Source: an archaeon (lineage in GTDB: Archaea; Thermoplasmatota; Thermoplasmata; JAJSAE01). From it: a stretch of 60,643 nucleotides of DNA. The stretch is taken from assembly GCA_024281315.1 (NCBI GenBank), contig JAJSAE010000060.1, positions 1-60,643 of the forward strand. Direction: 5' to 3'. The notes below the pieces were generated by a model, which was not told the origin of the DNA, did no database searches, and saw only the letters and a list, made by a program, of their open reading frames with translations. The position numbers and the translations under genes were made by a program. Positions 37,545-45,680 of the stretch are shown piece by piece. How positions within the stretch are numbered: the stretch's first letter is position 1; each line of letters begins with the position of its first letter.

Positions 37545-38000
37545 TTAGTTATTTTTCTTATCTATCAATGGTTTGACCGTAACATGAACGCCCTCACTGG
37601 CAACCACGACCACCGGGCTTCCTACACTAATCTCTCTATCGGAGGTGGCGCTCCACATGCTGTTGTTTATCTCCACCTTTCCGTCAAGGCTGTGGGGTAT
37701 GACCTTCACCTTCACTATGCCCTTCTTCCCGACGATGCTGGATGCAACGGTGGTCTCGGGAGGTTCCTCGCCCCCATACCTTCTGTAGAACATTATCAAA
37801 GAGAGCAGCATCAAGAAGGACGCAAAGAAGGCCGCCAGTATGGAGATTGACGAAAAGAGATAGGCAGGGTTTACCAGAGCCATGAGGCCAAGCACCACCA
37901 GAAAGACACCCATAGCTGATATGAAGAAGCCGGGCATGGCCGGCTCGGCCAGTATCAGGATGATGCCGAGGACCAGCAGGATTATTGTTATCGTGTCCAT
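37545..38000 (-). CDS. NfeD-family membrane protein (stomatin operon partner)
   Basis: 151 aa with 3 TM segments and a C-terminal OB-like domain. Located immediately upstream of the SPFH gene. Confidence 0.8.
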   Translation of the reverse strand: MDTITIILLVLGIILILAEPAMPGFFISAMGVFLVVLGLMALVNPAYLFSSISILAAFFASFLMLLSLIMFYRRYGGEEPPETTVASSIVGKKGIVKVKVIPHSLDGKVEINNSMWSATSDREISVGSPVVVVASEGVHVTVKPLIDKKNN

Positions 38001-38136
38001 GTTAATCGGTAGGATATGGAATATCTAGTATTTAAATTTATTGGCGATATATCGGGCCGATTAATTTATAAGCCCTGCGGGACTGAAAGTTTTTTATAGG
38101 TGTTGCATATACCCTCAATCCTGATTATACAACATG

Positions 38137-38209
38137 CCCCGATGGTGTAGCGGCCTATCATCCAGGCCTGTCGAGCCTGGGACACGGATTCAAATTCCGT
38201 TCGGGGCGC
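38137..38209 (+). tRNA. tRNA-Asp (anticodon GTC), no encoded CCA
   Basis: Acceptor GCCCCGA/TCGGGGC, anticodon stem CAGGC/GCCTG with loop CTGTCGA, T arm ACGGA-TTCAAAT-TCCGT, discriminator G. The D arm is less regular. Confidence 0.88.
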
Positions 38210-38214
38210 TTCAA

Positions 38215-41200
38215 TTTCAATCCCTCATAGGTCTTATTCTTTCGATGCGAAGAATTTAAGAACATCTGTCAGGCCTTTCTGATTTCAATCCCTCATAGGT
38301 CTTATTCTTTCTCAATGCCCGCTTCCTGCCTGACATTCTTAACTTTAAGATTTCAATCCCTCATAGGTCTTATTCTTTCACCATGTTCTTTCTTGCGGCT
38401 AGCTCGTGAATTTCAATTTCAATCCCTCATAGGTCTTATTCTTTCGCTGCCGGAATCTCCACACCATTCCTGACTTCAAAGATTTCAATCCCTCATAGGT
38501 CTTATTCTTTCTTTGCGAGCCAGTTTCTCTGACCGACCGTTTTGCATAGAAATTTCAATCCCTCATAGGTCTTATTCTTTCTCTCTCAGACACTCCCAGC
38601 AGGAAGATACGCAATCGTATTTCAATCCCTCATAGGTCTTATTCTTTCGCCCATCCTGTACTACCGTCCAGAACGGCATAATTTGATTTCAATCCCTCAT
38701 AGGTCTTATTCTTTCTTCAGAAGCATCCGCAGCTGACGATAAGAAATCCAATTTCAATCCCTCATAGGTCTTATTCTTTCGATTTACGGCAATAAGTAGT
38801 GGTTAGGACTCGGCGATATGATTTCAATCCCTAATAGGTCTTATTCTTTCAAAGAGCGAAGCCGGCATGGCGGGGGTGGAGACACTGATTTCAATCCCTC
38901 ATAGGTCTTATTCTTTCAGAGAAGTAAAGTTTAAATACTATAACAAAGAACGCATTTCAATCCCTCATAGGTCTTATTCTTTCTGATGAGCTATTGCCGA
39001 GTATGCGGCCAGTGTTACGGATTTCAATCCCTCATAGGTCTTATTCTTTCACATACACAAACATGGGTATAATTGCACAGATGTGGGATTTCAATCCCTC
39101 ATAGGTCTTATTCTTTCGGACTCTACCGTTAATAGAAACTGCCCGCAGTCAGTATTTCAATCCCTCATAGGTCTTATTCTTTCCTTACAACGTGAAGGAT
39201 TATGACTCTTTGCTTGAAGATAATATTTCAATCCCTCATAGGTCTTATTCTTTCAGTCAGCTCAGGATATACATAGTTCGTTTCTTTCAAAATTTCAATC
39301 CCTCATAGGTCTTATTCTTTCTGAGATTGTCGATCTCATTCGTACCACCCATGGCCAGATTTCAATCCCTCATAGGTCTTATTCTTTCGGCCTGTCGTCG
39401 TCAACCATCCGGAAACGGGCGTGCTCAATTTCAATCCCTCATAGGTCTTATTCTTTCCTGACTTTGGAAGCCATAACTCCTCTTCCTCGGAATTGATTTC
39501 AATCCCTCATAGGTCTTATTCTTTCTCCCCTCTTGAAAATATTTTTAAGGGGGTTTATTCGAATTTCAATCCCTCATAGGTCTTATTCTTTCGCGGATGC
39601 TTCTGAAGAGGTATGGTTTGACCTTATCCATTTCAATCCCTCATAGGTCTTATTCTTTCGCACGACCCGATATCTTCTGAACGAGGACAGAGCGATTTCA
39701 ATCCCTCATAGGTCTTATTCTTTCAGTCACCGTTCAGGCAACTGTAACTAAAATTCTAAAATTTCAATCCCTCATAGGTCTTATTCTTTCTGAGAACGAT
39801 TGATGCAATGTTGGGGCGGCCTGATGTGCATTTCAATCCCTCATAGGTCTTATTCTTTCGCTATAAGCGCTGGTGTTGACGATGTTACGGGGGCTCTATT
39901 TCAATCCCTCATAGGTCTTATTCTTTCGGTTTCTTTTTATGTCGACGACGTTCTTAAATACTCATTTCAATCCCTCATAGGTCTTATTCTTTCTGTCGCA
40001 TTTCAAACACCTTATATGACTCGTATCTACATTTCAATCCCTCATAGGTCTTATTCTTTCATTAAATACATAATCTTTAACCCCGTTTATAGTAACACAT
40101 TTCAATCCCTCATAGGTCTTATTCTTTCTTTGCTTCATTTCCTCTCTGTAATACGTCATCCAGATTTCAATCCCTCATAGGTCTTATTCTTTCAGGATGT
40201 AAGAGTTTTAAAGGATGCCGTCATGCATATTTCAATCCCTCATAGGTCTTATTCTTTCTTTCTGTACAGCAATTTTCGTAGCAATTTTCCTTTGATTATT
40301 TCAATCCCTCATAGGTCTTATTCTTTCAATTTATTTGGAATGGGACTGCTGGTGAATGGTATAATTTCAATCCCTCATAGGTCTTATTCTTTCAATGGGG
40401 TACTAAAACCCGCTCGGTCCTCAATCCGGTATTTCAATCCCTCATAGGTCTTATTCTTTCTGGTTGTGCCTTCACCACCGGCAATGGCCTTGATGTTTGT
40501 ATTTCAATCCCTCATAGGTCTTATTCTTTCGAGCATGATGGCATCCTCAAGCCACTTATTCCATGCTCTATTTCAATCCCTCATAGGTCTTATTCTTTCA
40601 AGGCCAAGCATGCCATTTGCAAGCCTGTATATCTTGATTTCAATCCCTCATAGGTCTTATTCTTTCCCCTCAAATTATGCCGTTCTGGACGGACTCACCG
40701 GCATTTCAATCCCTCATAGGTCTTATTCTTTCCTTATATAAATAAAGAAAAATGAAAGGGTTTATTCATTTCAATCCCTCATAGGTCTTATTCTTTCGAG
40801 TAAATAACATGTTTCGTGTCGCTGGTCTTAACGTATTTCAATCCCTCATAGGTCTTATTCTTTCACAGTGCGTACAACGGGCACTACTTCCTTGACGGAG
40901 AATTTCAATCCCTCATAGGTCTTATTCTTTCCCAACCAGCTGAAGAAAGCTGCATACGCTTCATTTACATTTCAATCCCTCATAGGTCTTATTCTTTCTG
41001 GCGTCGTATTCTCTTGATTTTTCTATATAACTCATTTCAATCCCTCATAGGTCTTATTCTTTCATATTTTCTATCCACACATCATCTGTTGCTGCATATG
41101 CATTTCAATCCCTCATAGGTCTTATTCTTTCACTTCCAACTTCATTTAATCTCCCCTGTACGGTATTAGATTTCAATCCCTCATAGGTCTTATTCTTTCT

Positions 41201-42135
41201 GTATGTCCTGTCAAAGCATTGTATGCCATTCCTATATTTCAATCCCTCATAGGTCTTATTCTTTCATTATGCCCAAGAGCGGTATTTATTGTCGCTCCAA
41301 GATTTCAATCCCTCATAGGTCTTATTCTTTCGATCTGGAACGGAAGTTCCGTTCAGTTTCAGTGAGATTTCAATCCCTCATAGGTCTTATTCTTTCATCT
41401 GTTCCCCTTCTACAAACTCGTCCCCAGAATCATTTCAATCCCTCATAGGTCTTATTCTTTCGGCTCTGTTTGAAGTACAGATAAAAGTTGATTCAAGATT
41501 TCAATCCCTCATAGGTCTTATTCTTTCTTATGATGATATAATCAATGACTGGGAAGCTCAGCAAGATTTCAATCCCTCATAGGTCTTATTCTTTCTTCGA
41601 TGATTGGGAAGAAAGGCAATAATTTTCGTGTGAATTTCAATCCCTCATAGGTCTTATTCTTTCTAATCCGAATGGGTATATAACCACCAAATTGAAACGA
41701 TATTTCAATCCCTCATAGGTCTTATTCTTTCTCTGAAAATACCATTACTCTTTCATCTTTGTTCTCAATTTCAATCCCTCATAGGTCTTATTCTTTCGCT
41801 TGCTGTCTACATATTCATAAATGTCTTTTCTCCGTAATTTCAATCCCTCATAGGTCTTATTCTTTCAGACACAAGCAGAGGATTCCAGGCCACCATCACA
41901 GTTGCATTTCAATCCCTCATAGGTCTTATTCTTTCCATTCTGTACATTATCTACAAGCTCTTTGCATATTTATTTCAATCCCTCATAGGTCTTATTCTTT
42001 CGGAAGTATCACTGCGTAGCGTGTGGAAGGGATTTCCATTTCAATCCCTCATAGGTCTTATTCTTTCTAAGTACAGAAGCTATAAAATCAGCAACAAGAT
42101 AGAAATTTCAATCCCTCATAGGTCTTATTCTTTCC
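38215..42135 (-). CRISPR. CRISPR array, 59 repeats / 58 spacers
   Basis: Every unit located by hand. 30-bp repeat ATTTCAATCCCTCATAGGTCTTATTCTTTC (plus-strand reading); spacers 35-41 bp, all different. One variant repeat at 38822-38851 (CCCTAATAGG). The reverse complement GAAAGAATAAGACCTATGAGGGATTGAAAT ends in ATTGAAAT, so minus-strand transcription from the cas2 side is inferred. Confidence 0.97.
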
Positions 42136-42235
42136 AGCCCAAAATAGCCGCTATAGTACTTAAAACCTGCGTTTTTTGCATAGGCCTGTCGTGTATATCA
42201 GGTATTGCCCTTTCTTTATATACTTCCACAACGGC
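42136..42235 (-). promoter_or_regulatory. Putative CRISPR leader (between the cas2 stop and the first repeat)
   Basis: A 100-bp AT-rich non-coding stretch with TATA-like elements on the minus strand (for example TATATAAA, 42223-42216). The opposite end of the array has no room for a leader (5 nt to the tRNA). Confidence 0.55.
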
Positions 42236-42499
42236 CTAGAAAATATTCTGCGGCTCGGCCTTCGGCGTACCAATGGTATCCTTCTTCAGATACTTTTCGC
42301 TCTTTATCCTGTATATGTGGACCGCGTCCTCTTTTTTCTCCACAATTCTTTTTATCTCGTTCTTAAGGCGCATGAGCTCGGCCTCCGTGAGTTCCCCCTC
42401 AAAGACCGAGTTCTGTATCCATATAAGATACTGGCGGAGCAGCTTCTTGACCTTATTTACGCGCTTCACTCCCACATCGTAGACAACCACCACATACAT
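42236..42499 (-). CDS. cas2: CRISPR-associated endoribonuclease Cas2
   Basis: 87 aa. MYVVVVYDV...VFEGELT is the typical Cas2 ferredoxin-fold pattern. Confidence 0.93.
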   Translation of the reverse strand: MYVVVVYDVGVKRVNKVKKLLRQYLIWIQNSVFEGELTEAELMRLKNEIKRIVEKKEDAVHIYRIKSEKYLKKDTIGTPKAEPQNIF

Positions 42500-42500
42500 A

Positions 42501-43502
42501 CTACCACCACATCACAAAGGGCCGATATTCCTCGCCGCCGATAATGTGCTTCACGAGTTTATAGCATTCTAGCCTCATCAGCGTCCTGAACGATACCTTC
42601 CTTTTGAGCCGGCGATGCATTATGGTCTCGTTCAGCTTCTCCTCCCATGCCCGCAGGAACTTCTTCTTCCCCGCATCCGTGAGAAGAACATAGTTCATGT
42701 CCTTCTGAAAGTCCTTCAGCCCTATGATTCTCTTGTTCACCACCCTAAAAATGACTCTGTCCACTATTATAGGCTTGAATATCTCAGTTATATCCAGAGA
42801 TAGGGAAAACCTCCTTTCCGACGGTTCGTGCAGGTAGGATATGGTGGGGTTGAGCTGCGTATTGTATATTTCTGAGAGCATGGCCGTATATATGAGCGAG
42901 TTCCCGAAACTTATCAGGGCGTTTATCGCATTCTCCGGCGGCCGCCTCGTCCTCTTCTCGAACCTGAAATCTCCCGGCAGTATCTCATCCCATGCACTGT
43001 AGTATCTTTCCCGTATCCTCCCCTCTATCTGCATTAATTCAGGAATCCCCCTGACGGTGTCTATTTCCGGAATGAGCGCCTCTATTTCTGCGGATACTCC
43101 TGCCACATCCTTCCCGTTCCTTTCGTAGTAGGAAAGGTTTTTTCGGATGTTCAGCGCCGCACCATTGACGAGCTTGGAGGCCAGTATCTGCCTTTTGCTC
43201 CGGTCAAGATAGTGCTCGGCCTGCTTCACGAGAGCGTGGCCGGATACCAGTTTCTCCCTCGGATAGAAGCTCCCTTCGTAGAATCCGTAGTAGTTGAAGA
43301 AGTGGATTGGAACTCCGTGCTTTGCGAGATAGGAAACAACGCCCGATGTGAAGGAGACCCTTCCGTAGGCGTAGATTGCGTATATCCTCTCCACAGGGAT
43401 AGGGACCTTTCCTATCTCCTCCGCTATGTAATACACCGTGTTCTCATCTCTTTCCAGCCTTCCGTTCTTTGTCAGATAATAGTTATCCTTCATCCTCATC
43501 AC
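42501..43502 (-). CDS. cas1: CRISPR-associated integrase Cas1
   Basis: 333 aa. Typical Cas1 N-terminus (YLTKNGRLERDENT) and C-terminal alpha-helical catalytic region. Confidence 0.92.
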   Translation of the reverse strand: MMRMKDNYYLTKNGRLERDENTVYYIAEEIGKVPIPVERIYAIYAYGRVSFTSGVVSYLAKHGVPIHFFNYYGFYEGSFYPREKLVSGHALVKQAEHYLDRSKRQILASKLVNGAALNIRKNLSYYERNGKDVAGVSAEIEALIPEIDTVRGIPELMQIEGRIRERYYSAWDEILPGDFRFEKRTRRPPENAINALISFGNSLIYTAMLSEIYNTQLNPTISYLHEPSERRFSLSLDITEIFKPIIVDRVIFRVVNKRIIGLKDFQKDMNYVLLTDAGKKKFLRAWEEKLNETIMHRRLKRKVSFRTLMRLECYKLVKHIIGGEEYRPFVMWW

Positions 43503-44022
43503 CTCCGAAGCAGAACTCGAAGTATGCGCATTTTCTGCAGATTTTGCGGTATCTCGGTTCTATGTACGGGCCGGCGATTATCCGCCTTATATCCTCCTCT
43601 ATCTCTGCTATCTCTGTGAAATCCCCCCCTTCCGGTATGATCTCCAGCGTATCCTTCAGGAGCGGATAGTTCAGAACGCCCGTGGCCTCAATCCCCATTC
43701 CACGGAGCCGATACAGGTAGTAGAGCAGTTGATACCTGTCCGCCTGTGTCATCTTCTTCGACTTCTTGACCTCGTGAATCTCCATCACATCCCCTTTTCT
43801 CACGAAATCCAGCTTCATGCCGGGCAGTTCTATCTCTTTTTTCTCTCTTCTGTAACTGTTCTCGTGTATCTCCTTCCCCTGACGCACTGCGTCGAACTCC
43901 CTTTCAAGGGTGATGTTGTGGGCAAATAACCAGAGTTTGGTATGACAGACGAAGTAGTAGGAAATCATAACGCCCGTGATATCGGGAAGGCCTGCCCCGC
44001 GCACATCTGAAGTCCGCCCCAT
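43483..44022 (-). CDS. cas4: CRISPR-associated exonuclease Cas4 (RecB-like, Fe-S)
   Basis: 179 aa. N-terminal Cys (FVCHTKLW), D...EVKKS nuclease motif, C-terminal CRKCAYFEFC. TATA-like TTTATATG lies about 25 nt upstream of the ATG at 44022. Confidence 0.88.
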   Translation of the reverse strand: MGRTSDVRGAGLPDITGVMISYYFVCHTKLWLFAHNITLEREFDAVRQGKEIHENSYRREKKEIELPGMKLDFVRKGDVMEIHEVKKSKKMTQADRYQLLYYLYRLRGMGIEATGVLNYPLLKDTLEIIPEGGDFTEIAEIEEDIRRIIAGPYIEPRYRKICRKCAYFEFCFGGDEDEG

Positions 44023-44109
44023 GAATCCCTATTACATCGGTGGCATATAAAGGTTCCATATCTGTTTTTGCCTGTGATTATGAGTGTGAAGGAACTTTTT
44101 AATAGATGC

Positions 44110-44138
44110 TTACTGTTCAGTAACTTACTGAGTAGTAA
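44110..44138. promoter_or_regulatory. Two adjacent 14-bp palindromic sites (TTACTGTTCAGTAA, TTACTGAGTAGTAA)
   Basis: Read directly. In the divergent intergenic region between cas4 and the ATPase gene, about 90-115 nt upstream of cas4. Confidence 0.35.
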
Positions 44139-44244
44139 TGTGTTCTACGAGAGATAAGAATATGGTCTGAGGTTTTTTGACTGCGTGGGTGTGCGGGACA
44201 TAAAGAGGATGATGAGGGGGATGGTGCACTGGGACCTCGAGCGC

Positions 44245-44263
44245 ATTCAATCCCTAATTTCTT
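44245..44263. repeat. Degenerate CRISPR-repeat-like remnant (ATTCAATCCCTAATTTCTT)
   Basis: Matches the first 16 nt of the variant repeat ATTTCAATCCCTAATA with one T missing from the T-run and the last base differing, then diverges. Solitary copy about 2.1 kb from the array. Confidence 0.4.
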
Positions 44264-44285
44264 AAAACCGGCCGACCGAAAACTT

Positions 44286-44317
44286 TATACCTTAGAGGTA
44301 TTATACCTTAGAGGTAT
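44286..44317 (+). repeat. Tandem duplication of a 16-bp unit TATACCTTAGAGGTAT (each with an internal palindrome ATACCTtagAGGTAT) ending in the ATPase start codon
   Basis: Read directly: copies at 44286-44301 and 44302-44317, ATG at 44316. A related ATACCTTTTAGTAT lies at 52476-52489, just before the paralogous ATPase gene. Confidence 0.8.
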
Positions 44318-45674
44318 GAAGTTCTATGACAGAGAGAAAGAGGTGGAATTCCTCAGGAGTCTGCAGGGCAGCTTCTTCGTTGCGGTCGTCGGGAGAAGAC
44401 GGGTGGGAAAGACAAGGCTGGTGAACGAAGCCATGCCCGACCGGATATACCTTTTCGTCCCCGAAGACAAGGAGGAGAGGATGACCGCATCCGAGTGGTC
44501 CGAGCAGATAAAGAAAACCATGCCCATGCCCGAAAGCGGCGATATAACAGAGATCCTCGAATTTCTGCTCCAGAGCGGAAAGGTGGTCTTTATAGACGAG
44601 TTCCAGAACCTTGCGAAGATTCGAAAGGGCATAATTTCTGACATGCAGAGGCTTGTGGACACACATAAAGAGCGCGCGAAACTCGTGATAGCCGGTTCCT
44701 ATGTCTCCATTATGAAGAAAATACTGACCGAAGCGAAAAGCCCTCTTTTTGGGAGAATAGATTTTACGATAAAACTCAGAGAACTGGACTTTGCCGTGGT
44801 CGCCCGGATTCTCGGAGAGATGGGGTACGGTGTTGGGGAGGCGGTTGAGTTCTACTCTGTGCTCGGAGGTATGCCGAAATACTACGAAATCCTGGAAAAA
44901 GCAGGAGGAAGCCCGAAGGAGTTCATAGAACGGATGTTCATAGACGAGCCGGCCCCATTCAGGTACGAGGGGGAGATGATTCTTAGAAACGAGATCGGCT
45001 CAGCATACCGAAACTATTTCTCCATACTGGAGGCCATAGCCACTGGAAAGAGCACAATGAACGAGATATCCAATTACCTCGGAAAGGAGCAGAGGTCCGT
45101 AACGAAGTATCTCGACTCTCTCATAAGGGATTACGAACTCGTGAGGAGGAAGACCCCTGTAACGGAGGATTTCCGGAGGTCGAAGAACGGGAGATACTTC
45201 ATCGTGAACCCCTTCTTCAGGTTCTGGTCATACTTTGTGCACAGAAACATCTCCATGCTGGAGGAGGGAGATACGGAGAGGGCGAGAGAGGTGTTCAGGA
45301 AAGGTTTCAACCAGTATGTCTCCCAGATGTTCGAGGAACTGGCCGTGAATGCAGTGAAGGCCTCTATGCCCTATGAAAGGGTGGGCCAGTGGTGGAACAG
45401 GAAAGGAGAGGAGATAGACATCGTGGCCCTGAACGAGAGGAAAAAAGAGATACTCTTCGGAGAGGTGAAGTGGACGAACCGGCCGGTCGGCTGGAATGCG
45501 GTGGAGGAGTTGATGCGGAAGAAGGAACTGGTGAAGTGGCACAATGGGGAGAGAAGGGAAAAATTCCTGGTGGTGTCGAAGTCCGGGTTCACCAAGAAAT
45601 GCCTTGAGAGGATGGACGATGAGGGGATAATGCACTGGGAGATGGAGGATGTGGGGAGGGGGATAAGGGGGTGA
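44316..45674 (+). CDS. AAA ATPase (archaeal ATPase family) + DUF234-type C-terminal PD-(D/E)xK-like domain
   Basis: 452 aa. MKFYDRE..., Walker A GRRRVGKT, Walker B VFIDEFQ, C-terminal GEEIDIVAL...ILFGEVKW (D...E-x-K). Antisense to the cas genes. Confidence 0.8.
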   Translation: MKFYDREKEVEFLRSLQGSFFVAVVGRRRVGKTRLVNEAMPDRIYLFVPEDKEERMTASEWSEQIKKTMPMPESGDITEILEFLLQSGKVVFIDEFQNLAKIRKGIISDMQRLVDTHKERAKLVIAGSYVSIMKKILTEAKSPLFGRIDFTIKLRELDFAVVARILGEMGYGVGEAVEFYSVLGGMPKYYEILEKAGGSPKEFIERMFIDEPAPFRYEGEMILRNEIGSAYRNYFSILEAIATGKSTMNEISNYLGKEQRSVTKYLDSLIRDYELVRRKTPVTEDFRRSKNGRYFIVNPFFRFWSYFVHRNISMLEEGDTERAREVFRKGFNQYVSQMFEELAVNAVKASMPYERVGQWWNRKGEEIDIVALNERKKEILFGEVKWTNRPVGWNAVEELMRKKELVKWHNGERREKFLVVSKSGFTKKCLERMDDEGIMHWEMEDVGRGIRG

Positions 45675-45680
45675 ATTGAG

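Noticed and set aside
39800-42239. Plus-strand ORFs in the track with recurring ISIPHRSYSF / FQSLIGLILS peptides
   Set aside because: They are translations of the 30-bp CRISPR repeat in different frames across the array, not genes.
44301-44666. Minus-strand ORFs inside the two ATPase genes (44301-44666, 44324-44662, 45228-45733, 52436-52987, 53590-53848)
   Set aside because: They are antisense shadows of well-supported ATPase genes and show no recognisable motifs.
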